Source: Leucoraja erinacea
Lineage: Eukaryota
Reading direction: 5' to 3'
Length of the DNA: 64,000 bases
Assembly (NCBI RefSeq): GCF_028641065.1
Contig: NC_073400.1
Location: 19,592,001-19,656,000, forward strand
The position numbers and the translations under genes were made by a program. A model generated the notes under the pieces. The model ran no database searches. It saw only the letters and a program-made list of their open reading frames with translations, and was not told where the DNA came from. Positions 50,888-63,334 of the stretch are shown here, one piece after another (position 1 is the stretch's first letter; each line of letters begins with the position of its first letter).

Positions 50888-50942
50888 GGACTGAGATGTG
50901 GAGAATCACCCAGGTACAGAGCAGCAGTTCCTCAGTGTGCAT
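50888..50942 (-). CDS. Gene A exon 1: signal peptide MHTEELLLCTWVILHISV
   Basis: ATG at 50942, 18 codons plus 1 nt, then donor C|GTGAGT (phase 1). Joins in frame to the V exon at 35565 to give ...ILHISVPGTWA-AAANVT. Implied intron is about 15.3 kb. Confidence 0.72.
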
Positions 50943-53071
50943 CTTTCTCCAGGAACGGTCTGTTGGGAGAGAGGGCTCGGCGAGGTGCTCTCTTCCAGTG
51001 GGCACACGTTGTGAGCAGTCCGCTCATGTGACAAGAATGTAACAACACAAAGTGCGACAGAGGCCCAGGCTGGAGGAGCTGTGATCAAACACAGAAACCC
51101 ACAATGTTGATTGTTACACAGCCAATGTGAGAAGTGTTTATGCAAAAGAAACAACTAATTTTTACCCACCCCAACCGCCAATAAGAATATAGATAGTTCT
51201 GCTACAGCATGTGTTTAAATAACGTGAATTGATGAATGAGAGAACGCTTATTGTATTACACTGGCCAAAATTGGTTACAACGCCATTTCCATCAGGAACC
51301 AACGAACCACATAAATCCACTTTGGAAATTAACACGCAGAAAAGAAAAGACACTGAGTGCTGGAGTAACTCAGTGGTTAGGCAGCATCTCTGGAGAATAT
51401 GGATAGGTGTCCCGAAATGTTGTCTGTCCATGTCCTCCTGAGATGCTGCCTGACCCGCTGTTACTCCTGTAATTTGTCTCTTTTTTGTCATTTAGCACCT
51501 GCAGTTCCTTGTGTCTATATAAGCAGAAAGGAAATCAGTCTCGGGGAACAAAACTTTGTTTCCAACCAACACAACCCTAAACTGCCTCCTGACCCCTGGA
51601 CCCCAACCCCCAGTCCCCATCTATGACCCCTGACTCCTGACCCCCTTATACCTGCTCCCCCTCTACGATGAGACCGTGATTTATCTATCTCAGCAGGACA
51701 TTCCTGACAAAATATAGATTTTCTCAATTAACAAAAAATAAGTGATCTCTGCCCTGATCCACCTCAGGGATGAGCCCACACAACCTCTGGAGGCTCAAAT
51801 TCATGATAATCACACCATCCCAGCAACCAAACTGTAAATCCATTCTGGACTCCCTCCTTTTCCTTTCCAAGGGAAGAAAGCCAGAATGGCACAGTTGCAA
51901 TGAGGGTGGTGAGAAAACAGCAAAATAGGTAGGTGGGGGGGGGGGGGGGGGGGGCATAGTGATAGGTGGATACAGGTGAGGAGGGGGGATTGATTATCAG
52001 ATGGGTGGACAAATGCTAGAGATGAAAAAGTAACAGGAGGCTGTAAGATAAGGAAAAAATGTGGGTAAAATGTGAAGCCAGAGGAAACAATGTTGGTGGA
52101 AATATAAAAATGCCTTACTGGTCAAACGCCTTGTGTTAAAATAAATGTAATATAATCTGATATCTAGTATCCTTCTAAATACTTTATCACGCCAATGTTT
52201 ACTGTACCAACTGTATCGACTAGTTTCTCTTCGATGTTTGACTGCACCACACCTTTCAAATCGACATCTAACAAATTAGTTTAAACCCTCCAAATAGAAC
52301 AGGCAAATGTTCCCCCAAGAATGTTGATTCGGTTTTAGCTTCAGCTGCATCTCACCCATTTCATGTAGGTCGCCTTCCCCAGAAGTGGCCCAGTGATCCA
52401 AAGATCTAAAGCCTACCCTCTTACAACCTTTTCGTCACAGATTATTCTGACCATTCCTCCTATTCCTGTACTCACACGACATGGCATCGGAATACACCCG
52501 GTCTTTAAACCACGACCTAGCTCTCGTTGCAGTACCTCATCCCTCTTTTTACATGTCATTGGTACCAGTGTTGACCATGACCTCCCCTGTTAACCCTTGC
52601 CTTGCAGCTGCCATAAGACACTTCTAACCTGCACGAGGGAATCTTGTTTGTGCCCACAGAAACATTTGCCTGCTCTCTTTATATCTGAAGCTCCTATGGC
52701 TGTAGTTCTCCTCACTGTTTTCTCCCGAGATCCCCTTTGCTGTTGCTGCATCGCCCTAATGTGTGACATCAATTCCAAACTTTTTCCCACCAAATCTTTA
52801 TTTTTTTCGACATGTCCTCTGCTTCTCTGCCATGCATCCGAATAGTCTTAGAACATTCATGAATGACCACATCACCCTCCATCATCAATGCCTTCCAATC
52901 ACCACGGAGTTGTGGGTACTGGCAGAAGTTTTATTTTCGCAATAAATCTCCCTATTGTCTCATCAGAATCATTTTTCACAAAGTTTGCTGTTATCAGATG
53001 TTCGTCTGATGGTTCTGTCAATTTCTTGTGTCTGATGGTGATCTTGTGTCTGATGGTGATCTGGATTACGA

Positions 53072-53567
53072 CATAATACTAATAATATATTTTATTGTCA
53101 TTGCACATAGGTGCAACGAGATTTGGTATTCAGCTTCCATCCGATTGTCATAACTTAAACAAGTAATAAAATGTAGATACCCCGAGAAACATGATTTATA
53201 TTAAAAAAAGAACAATAAAACAACCTAAAGTGTAAATATGTCTATGTCGGGACGATGTGCGTGAATACAGTTCATGGGGGTGGGGGGCACTCAGCAGGGC
53301 CGGTTCAGAGCAGCGGATGAAGCTGTTCCTGAGTCTGGAGGTGCGGGTGTAGAAGGCCTTGTAACGTCTGCCAGAAGGTAGGAGTTTGAACAGACTATTA
53401 CAAGGGTGTGAGGAGTCTTTGTGGATGCAGACAGCCTTCCTGAGGCACCGTGTGTAGTAGATGCCCTCCAAGGCTGGTAGCTGTGTCCCAATAATCTTCT
53501 GCACCCTGTGGTTGACGCGCTGAAGAGCTCTCCTCTCCGCCTCCGTGCTGCTGAGATACCACACATG
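53072..53567 (-). mobile_element. Rex1/Babar 3' fragment
   Basis: Highly similar to 32800-33330 in reverse orientation. Confidence 0.85.
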
Positions 53568-54699
53568 ACCTAGTAGAGAACAATTCTGGCCATTCGTTCA
53601 ATACCATTTAGCAGAGGTAGCACCATAATGTTTTATCAGTGATATAGCAACACTCACAAAGGAGGCAAGAGCCTCTACATCAATTGCAACTTTACAGTTG
53701 TAATGTGTAAATCCACAACTAGACTCTATTGCATTTATTATCTCTTCTGGACAGGCCCAGAGATTCTCTCCTTGATGACATCTATCCAACCTCGTGCCCG
53801 TCGATTCTCATCTATTTAACGTAGGTCACTTTCCCCAGAAGTGTCCGGGTGAGCCAAAGATCTAAAGCCCGCCCTCTTATACCAATCCTTTAGTCACGCA
53901 TTCTTCTGACATGTTTCCCTATTTCTGTACTAACTCGGTGGCATCAGTAATACAGGTAATACTCTTTAAATTATGACATAAACCTAAACATCAGAGGAAG
54001 ATGACTGACTGGTGCCTTCCCTCACTGTGGGAAACTTTTGGGGATGTTTTATGTTGAACTCTATCGTGTGTTGAAATCTTTATTTTATTGTATGGCTGTA
54101 TGTGGATCACATTTCACTGTGCCAACTGGCACATGTGACAAATAAATGTATCTTGTATCTTATATCTCTCAAAATTCTTGATGCAGTACCTTATCCCTCT
54201 TTGTATATGTCATTGGAACCCGTGTTGACCATGACCTCGACTATTTACCCTTCCCTTTTAGAATGCCCTGTAGCTGCCATAAGTCACCTCTAACCTGCAC
54301 GATCACATTGCAGAGATGACAACCTACTCTTGCACCTATGGCCTAGCTCTCAGAATTGTTCTCATCCATCTTTCCACATGTCAATGAAACCAATGTTGAC
54401 CATGACCTCTGGCTGTTTTCCCTCCTCTTTTAGAATCTCCTGCAGGTGCTGACTCATCCCTAACACAGTGATAGAGCTGCTGCCTCATAGTGCACGAGAC
54501 CCAGGTTTGATCCCGACCTCGTCTGCTGCCTGTGTGTAGTTTGCATGTTCTCCCTGTGACTGTGTGGGTGCGCCGATTTCTTCCCACATCTCAAAAATGT
54601 ACGAGTTTGTAGATTGATCGGCCTCTGCAAAATTGCCCATAGTGTGCAGGTAGTAAATGAGAAAGAGGGATAACATAGAACTAATATGAAATGAACTGT

Positions 54700-57418
54700 G
54701 CGTTACTGATTAGAGAGGGGATTAATGCAATGGAAAGGAAGGACATTAGTTTGGAGGATGTGGAATCGGTATGGGTAGAGCTGCACAACACTAAGGGGCA
54801 GAAAACGCTGGTGGGTGTTGTGTACAGGCCACCTAACAGTAGTAGTGAAGTTGGAGATGGTATCAAACAGGAAATTAGAAATGCGTGCGACAAAGGCAAA
54901 ACAGTTATAATGGGTGACGTCAATCTACATATAGATTGGGTGAATCAAATTGGCAGGGGTGCTGAGGAAGAGGATTTCTTGGAATGTATGCGGGATAGTT
55001 ATCTAAATCAACATGTAGAGGAACCAACGAGAGAGCAGGCTATTTTAGACTGGGTATTGAGTAATGAGGAAGGGTTAGTTAGCAATCTTGTTGTACGTGC
55101 CCCCTTGGGCAAGAGTGACCATAATATGGTTGAGTTCTTCATTAGGATGGAGAGTGACATTGTTAATTCAGAAACAATGGTTCTGAACTTAAAGAAAGGT
55201 AACTTTGAGGGCATGAGACGTGAATTGGCCAAGATTGACTGGCAATTAATTCTAAAAGGGTTGACGGTGGATATGCAATGGAAGACATTTAAAGACTGCA
55301 TGGATGAACTACAAAAATTGTTCATCCCAGTTTGGCAAAAGAATAAATCAGGGAAGGTAGTACATCCATGGATAACAAGGGAAATCAGGGATAGTATCAA
55401 AGCGAAGGATGATGCGTACAAATTAGCCAGAAAAAGCAGCATACCGGAGGACTGGGAGAAATTCAAAGACCAGCAGAGGAGGACAAAGGGCTTAATTAGG
55501 AAAGGAAAAATAGATTATGAAAGAAAACTGGCAGGGAACATAAAAAACTGACTGCAAAAGTTTTTATAGATATGTGAAAAGAAAGAGATTAGTTAAAACA
55601 AATGTAGGTCCCTTGCAGTCAGAAACAGGTGAGTTGATCATGGGGAACAAGGATATGGCGGACCAATTGAATAACTACTTTGGTTCCGTCTTCACTAAGG
55701 AAGACATAAATAATTTACCAGAAATAGCAGGGGACCGCGGGTCAAAGGAGTTGGAGGAATTGAGTGAAATCCAGGTTAGCCGGGAAGTGGTGTTAGGTAA
55801 ATTGAATGGATTAAAGGCCGATAAATCCCCAGGGCCAGATAGGCTGCATCCCAGAGTACTTAAGGAAGTAGCTCCAGAAATAGTGGATGTATTAGTAATA
55901 ATCTTTCAAAACTCTTTAGATTCTGGAGTAGTTCCTGAAGATTGGCGGGTAGCAAACGTAACCCCACTTTTTAAGAAGGGAGGGAGAGAGAAAATGGGGA
56001 ATTACAGACCAGTTAGTCTAACATCGGTAGTGGGGAAACTGCTAGAGTCAGTTATTAAAGATGGGATAGCAGCACATTTGGAAAGTGGTGAAATCATTGG
56101 ACAAAGTCAGCATGGATTTACGAAAGGTAAATCATGTCTGACGAATCTTATAGAATTTTTCGAGGATGTAACTAGTAGCGTGGATAGGGGAGAACCAGTG
56201 GATGTGGTGTATTTGGACTTCCAGAAGGCTTTCAACAAGGTCCCACATAAGAGATTAGTATACAAACTTAAAGCACAAGGCATTGGGGGTTCAGTATTGA
56301 TGTGGATAGAGAACTGGCTGGCAAACAGGAAGCAAAGAGTAGGAGTAAACGGGTCCTTTTCACAATGGCAGGCAGTGACTAGTGGGGTACCGCAAGGCTC
56401 AGTGCTGGGACCCCAGCTATTTACAATATATATTAATGATCTGGATGAGGGAATTGAAGGCAATATCTCCAAGTTTGCGGATGACACTAAGCTGGGGGGC
56501 AGTGTTAGCTGTGAGGAGGATGCTAGGAGACTGCAAGGTGACTTGGATAGGCTGGGTGAGTGGGCAAATGTTTGGCAGATGCAGTATAATGTGGATAAAT
56601 GTGAGGTTATCCATTTTGGTGGCAAAAAACGGGAAAGCAGACTATTATCTAAATGGTGGCCGATTGGGAAAGGGGGAGATGCAGCGAGACCTGGGTGTCA
56701 TGGTACACCAGTCATTGAAGGTAGGCATGCAGGTGCAGCAGGCAGTAAAGAAAGCGAATGGTATGTTAGCTTTCATTGCAAAAGGATTTGAGTATAGGAG
56801 CAGAGAGGTTCTACTGCAGTTGTACAGGGTCTTGGTGAGACCACACCTGGAGTATTGCGTACAGTTTTGGTCTCCAAATCTGAGGAAGGACATTATTGCC
56901 ATAGAGGGAGTGCAGAGACGGTTCACCAGACTGATTCCTGGGATGTCAGGACTGTCTTATGAAGAAAGACTGGATAGACTTGGTTTATACTCTCTAGAAT
57001 TTAGAAGATTGAGAGGGGATCTTATAGAAACTTACAAAATTCTTAAGGGGTTGGACAGGCTAGATGCAGGAAGATTGTTCCCGATGTTAGGGAAGTCCAG
57101 GACAAGGGGTCACAGCTTAAGGATAAAGGGGAAATCCTTTAAAACCGAGATGAGAAGAACTTTTTTCACACAGAGAGTGGTGAATCTCTGGAACTCTCTG
57201 CCACAGAGGGTAGTTGAGGCCACTTCATTGGCTATATTTAAGAGGGAGTTAGATGCGGCCCTTGTGGCTAAGGGGATCAGGGGGTATGGAGAGAAGGCAG
57301 GTACGGGATACTGAGTTGGATGATCAGCCATGATCATATTGAATGGCGGTGCAGGCTCGAAGGGCCGAATGGCCTACTCCTGCACCTAATTTCTATGTTT
57401 CTATGTTTCTATGTTTCT
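54700..57418 (+). mobile_element. 5'-truncated young CR1 LINE (ORF2)
   Basis: ORFs 54691-55551, 55574-56791 and 56382-57314 are broken only at A-runs. Ends in a (TTTCTATG)n tail and is near-identical to 44256-46970. Confidence 0.95.
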
Positions 57419-57730
57419 GACCCTTTGGGCCTGTTTCAATGCTGTATTTCTAGACTAAACCAAACATAGGTGCAACAATGTTGTGCCCACAGAAATACCT
57501 GCCTGCTCTTACATTTGAATCTCCTCATTTCCTTTCTTTCCCTAGGGCCACGAACGAGGAAACCATCACCCCAAATGGAATGCAATGCAGAACCAAAGAT
57601 CCTAGAGGAGCAAGATAGACCACTCTTCCGAAATTCAATGGGCTGACGTGTAGTACGTGACGGAACGTCACGGCCGCCATTTTTCAATGCGACACGCGAC
57701 TTCCGGTATGCCACCCGCTGTGATCCAAAG

Positions 57731-57761
57731 CAAAGATTATAGAGCTCCGCTATAATCTTTG
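57731..57761. mobile_element. 31-bp near-palindromic micro-MITE with 8-bp TSD
   Basis: CAAAGATTATAGAGCTCCGCTATAATCTTTG flanked by ATCCAAAG twice. Confidence 0.8.
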
Positions 57762-58141
57762 ATCCAAAGCAAAGATCCTCGAGTATCTTGTAGCGGGAAC
57801 AGCCCCCTCCTTTGTGTAGTTTCCCTTGCATTGTATTGCTTTAACACACACTGCAAAAAATTAAATTTAACGTATATATATTTAATATATTTATATGAAT
57901 GTGTGTCTGTGTGTGTGAGAGGCAAGTTAGAGATAATAAAGTTTATTCTCATGTATCAGAAGCAACTTTGATTTAAATCATCACTATTAATTTATTTGTC
58001 TTGTAAGATGATATACATAAACCATAAAGGCAATTATATATATAATTATATAGTAATAATAAATATATGCATATATATATATTTATACACACACATATAT
58101 ACACACATACACATACATATGCACACATACAAATGCACATA

Positions 58142-58297
58142 NNNNNNNNNNNNNNNNNNNNNNNNNNNNNNNNNNNNNNNNNNNNNNNNNNNNNNNNNNN
58201 NNNNNNNNNNNNNNNNNNNNNNNNNNNNNNNNNNNNNNNNNNNNNNNNNNNNNNNNNNNNNNNNNNNNNNNNNNNNNNNNNNNNNNNNNNNNNNNNN
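58142..58297. other. Assembly gap
   Basis: Run of N next to an AT/CA microsatellite. Confidence 0.99.
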
Positions 58298-59857
58298 ATC
58301 AATAGATTTACGATCAGCTCCTGTGGATTGGATGATAGCTAATGCTATCCCACTTTTCAAGAAAGGAGCGTGAGAGAAAACGGGAAATTACAGACCAGTT
58401 AGCCCGACTTTGGTGGTGTGAAAGATGCTGGAGTCAATTATTAAAGATGCAATAATGGGGCATTTGGATAGCAGTAAAAGGATCTGTCCAAGTCAACATG
58501 GATTTATGAAAGGGAAATCATGTTTGACTAATCTTCTGGATTTTGTTGACACAAGGCTTGGTGTTGGGGCTGCAACTGTTTACCATATATATTAATGATT
58601 TGGAAAAGGGAAATAGGAGCAAAACTAATGCATACATACCTACATATTTAAATTCATCTGATAAGTTGGTCAAATAACATGGGCACCTTCTTGCTTTTTT
58701 TGAGACATGGATTTTTTAAATGTGAATGTCTCATAGCAACACATTTGTGGGTCAACAGTATTTTGTACCAACCCCCACAATTTCAAATAATTCTAAATAG
58801 AACTTCTTAAACAAGGAAAACAATTTTTATTTACATCATTTTGTGTGGCTGTCAAGGTAGCTGTGTTGACTGTAATTATGAGACTGCCGGGCAGTATCAC
58901 TGTGAATGGTGGTGGCTGTGTGTTTTAATGCAAGTGTGAAAAGGATAGTCAATTTAAAGAGACAATGTGAGAACCATCAGGGTTTCATCCAGGAACCAAT
59001 TTAAAGGCAAGTTTCCATCAATTACAGTATTTTAATTGAAAATCTTACTCTTAATATTCTTCCTAATTTAGGCTTTTTGTGTTCCCTCTTGAACCTTGTG
59101 TCTCCCAGAGCCTCTGGGGAGGTTCTGGAGATACAATCACCCAATCTTGAGGCAAATAACCATCTTTAAAACTGGCATTGCCTCTGCCTTTAATTCTACA
59201 TTCTCCGAGGATGCTGGATGCCGCGACAATCTCTTGCAACAAGTACAGAAAGGCAGTCAGCTGCAAAAAGATCAAAGAGAGGAAAGAGTATGGAAGGGAA
59301 AGGCTTTTCAGAATCATAATCAGATTTTATTTTCCAAGTATGTTTTGCAATATACGAGGAATTTCATTGGCCAGGTCAGTCATACAATTAAAAGCAACAG
59401 CACTCAAAAACACATTTTAATACGGACATTCACCAAAGTGACTCCTACACATTCCTCACTGTGATGGAAGGCGAAATAAAGTTCAAGTCCCTTCCTTTTG
59501 TTCTTCCTCGGTCGGGGGCCTCAAGCCCCCCGTTCAAACTCCGTTCAATGGTGAACTCCTCTTGGTCTCCAGGCCTATAGTGCTGCACAAATCACTGCAC
59601 CACATGCATCTATTTATTCATTTTTCACATGGTTCATATGCAGCTGGATATTAACTTGCTGACATGGAAAGAGATGCAGTGAGCATTCAATAGTTCAGAC
59701 TTCTGTGCGAATTAAGGGGCTGCTTGATGGGCTGAGGGTAATCGAGATTGTCTGATTGTCATTCTTTTGGAAGAACTGATGGAAGTTCTTATGGAAAAGC
59801 TGATGAATTGACTACGGGATGAGCTGGTGGGCTCGAGGATTGCTGGATGAGTGTTCT

Positions 59858-60250
59858 AGAAATATAGAAAATAGGTGCAGGAGGAGGCCATTTGGCACTT
59901 CGAGCCAACACCGCCATTCATTGTGATCATGGCTGATCAGCCCCAATCGATAACCCATGCCTGCCTTCTCCCCATATCCCTTGATTCCACTAGCCCCTAG
60001 AGATCTATCTAACTCTCTCTTAAATCCACCCAGTGATTTGGCCTCCACTGCCCTCTGTGGCAGGGAATTCCACAAATTCACAACTCTCTGGGTGAAAAAG
60101 TTTTTTCTCACCTCAGTCTTAAATGGCCTCCCCTTTGTTCTAAGACTGTGGCCCCTGGTTCTGGACTCGCCCAACATTGGGAACATTTTTCCTGTATCTA
60201 GCTTGTTCAGTCCTTTTATTCATTTAGATGTTTCTATAAGATCCCCTTGC
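59858..60250 (-). mobile_element. CR1 3' fragment
   Basis: ESRTRGHSLRTKG..VVNLWNSLPQ. Confidence 0.85.
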
Positions 60251-61479
60251 ATCTAACAAGAGTGTTTTATTGTCATGTAGAACAATTTCCTGCATCTAGC
60301 TTGTCCCAGATAGAACAATTAAATTCTTACTTTCAGCAGCACAACAGAATCTGTAAACATAGTACACCGTAAACAATATGATAAGATCCCCCCTCATCCT
60401 TCTAACCTCCAGTGAATACAAGCCTAGTCTTTTAAATCTTTCCTCATATGACAGTTCTGTTAGGTTATTTGATGGTTAGGACAGGTTTAGAGGGGTATGG
60501 GCCAAATGCAGTCATGTGGGACTAGTGTAGATGGGACATGTTGGCCAGCGTGGGCAAGTTGAGCTGAAGGGCCTGCTTCTACGCTGTGAGACTCTATGAC
60601 TAGGTGATCTGTTGAGGCTGGTGGTATGCCATGAGGAACAATGGGCATGGACCTTTGTAAACCACCACCTGGTTGAGTCTCCTTGAGTCACCATCGGCAT
60701 TGATAACATCAGTCAGGGGTTGATGATCTGCAAAAAACAAGTTGGTCTCATTCTTGTTCTCTCATGCGATACAGGCAGCAGCTCTGAACTGCCTGTGTTT
60801 GCCTTCTTGGCTGTCTTGTCAAATTACGCTGGAGATTAGAGTCACCCCTGAAACAAACAGTGCCTTGTGATCCACAGGGGAAAAATAAAATCTAAATGCA
60901 AAACAATGGATGGTTTAAATCAAAGAAAATGATACAAAGAAGCCATTAGAGCAATACCGATCTAGGAAACTGAGAGCAGATTTTACAATGCATTTAAACC
61001 TCTCCCATTTTTATGAGATGCATTCCTGGAATATGTAGGAAGTTTATTGTAACCTAGTGCCCTAGTGGATTAAGGGCGTCATGGTGGTGCAGCAGTAAAG
61101 TTGCTGCCTTACAGTGGGTGCTGTCTGTACTGAGTTCGTACATTCTCCCCGTGACTGAATGGGTGTTCTCCGAGATCTTCGGTTTCCTCCCACACTCCAA
61201 AGACATACAGGTTTGTAGGCTTGGTATAAGTGTAAATTGTCCCTCTAGGATCTTTGTGCAGAACCTCTGTCAGGAAGGGATTGGTCACATGGGATGCCTC
61301 TACTATCTACGCTGGCCTAGTACTCCACCTAGTGGCCACCCATTGATTTCTGCCTGTACAGATATCGCTGGTGGGACTGCTCACTGAACCTGCTGCTCAC
61401 AATGTCCTCACCATCACTGGTGCTCCATAGTGAATCCATCCAGTGTGTGAACATGGTCAGTCAGGTGCTGCAGCTAGAC

Positions 61480-63330
61480 ACAGAGAAAAGGCAATTCTGG
61501 ATTCAGTGTTGTCTAATGAACCACATTTGATAAGAGAACTCGAGGTAATGGAACTGCTTGGAGGCAGTGATCATAATATGATTAGTTTTAATCTGCAATT
61601 TGAGAAGGAGCAAGTTAAATCGGAAGTGGCAGTGATGCAGCTGAACAAAGGGGACTATGAAGGCATGAGAGAGGAGCTGGTCAAGGTAGACTGGAAAGGG
61701 ATCCTAGCAGTGGAACAGCAATGGCAGGAATTTCTGGGCATAATCCAGAAGACGCAGGATCATTTCATTCCAAAAAGGAAGAAAGATTCTAAGGGGAGTA
61801 GGAGGCAACCGTGGCTGAAGAGAAGTTACAGATAGAATAAAACTAAAAGAAAAGATGTATAACACAGCAAAGAGTAGCCGGAAGCCAGAGGATTGGGGAA
61901 AATTTTATAGGACAACAGAAGGAAACAAAACGGGCAATACGGGCTGAAAAGATGAAGTACCAGGGGAAGCTGGCCAGGAATATAAAGAAGGACAGTAAAA
62001 GCTTCTTTAGATATGTTAAGGGAAAAAGAGTAGCAAAGTCAAATGTGGGTCCCTTGAAGGCAGACACGGGTGAAATTATTATGGGTAACAAGGAAATGGC
62101 AGAAGAGTTGAACAGTTACTTTGATCTGTCTTCACTAAGGAAGACACAAACAATCTCCAAGATGTACTGGAGGACAGAGGATCTAAGGGGGTAGAGGAAC
62201 TGAAATAAATTTTCATATCCTCTGGTGGGTGTTGTGTATCTGGACTGTCAGAAAGCCTTTGTTAAGGTCCCGCACGGGAGACTGGTATTGGGGGTAGGGT
62301 GTTGACATGGATAGAAAATTGGTTTGCAGACAGGAAGCAAAGAGTAGGAGTGAACGGGTCCTTTTCAGAATGGCAGGCAGTGGCAAGTGGCGTGCCGCCG
62401 CAAGGCTCGGTGTTTACCATATATATTAATGATTTCGAAGAGGGAATTAGGAGCAACACAGGCAAGTTTGCGGATGACACAAAGCTGGGTGGCAGTGTGA
62501 ACTGTGAAGAGGATGTTAGGAGGTTGCAGGGTGATCTGGACAGGTTGAGTGAGTGGGCAGATGCGTGGCAGATGTAGTATAATATAGATAAATGTGAGGT
62601 TACCCACTTTGGCGGCAAAAACAAGGGGGCAGAATATTATCTCAATGGGGTTAGGTTAGGCAAGGGGGAGGTGCAGCGAAACCTGGGTACACCTTGTACA
62701 CCAGTCACTAAAAGTTGGCGTGCAGGCACAGCAGGCAGTGAAGAAAGCTAATGGAATGTTGGCCTTCATAACAAGAGGATTTCAGTATAAGAGTAAAGAG
62801 GTTCTTTGGCAGTTGTATAGGGCTCTGGTAAGACCACATCTGGAGTATTGTGTAGTTTTGGTCTGCTAATTTGAGGAAGGCCATTCGTGTGATTGAGGCA
62901 GTGCAGCGTAGGTTCACGAGATTGATCCCTGGGATGGCGGGACTGTCATATTAGGAAAGAATGAAAAGACTAGGCTTGTATTCAGTGGAGTTTGGAAAGA
63001 TGAGGGGATATCTTATAGAAACATATAACATTATAAAAGGACTGGACAAGTTAGATGCAGGAAAAATGTTCCCAATGTTGGGCGAGTCCAGAACCAGGGG
63101 CCACAGTCTTACAATAAAGGGGAAGCCATTTAAGACTGAGGTGAGAAAAACCTTTTTCACTGGATGGATTTAAGAGTTAGATAGAGCTCTAGGGGCTAGT
63201 GGAATCAAGCGATATGGGGAGAAGGCAGGCACGGGTTATCGACTTGGGACGATCAGCCATGATCACAATGAATGGCTGTGCTGGCTCGGGAGGCCGAATG
63301 GACTCCTCCTGCACCTATTTTCTATGTTTC
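61480..63330 (+). mobile_element. Decayed CR1 LINE (ORF2 with deletions)
   Basis: SDHNMI, KDSKSFFRYV, PQGS and FADDTK remnants, with a TTCTATGTTTC tail. Confidence 0.9.
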
Positions 63331-63334
63331 TTGT

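Larger units (their letters stand above)
57594..61256. mobile_element. 3.66-kb TIR element (hAT- or P-like) with 8-bp TSD
   Basis: CAAAGATCCTAGAGG ... CCTCTAGGATCTTTG (15-bp TIR) flanked by TGCAGAAC on both sides; spans the assembly gap. Confidence 0.75.

Noticed and set aside
57973-58373. ORFs spanning X residues
   Set aside because: They run through the assembly gap and a microsatellite.
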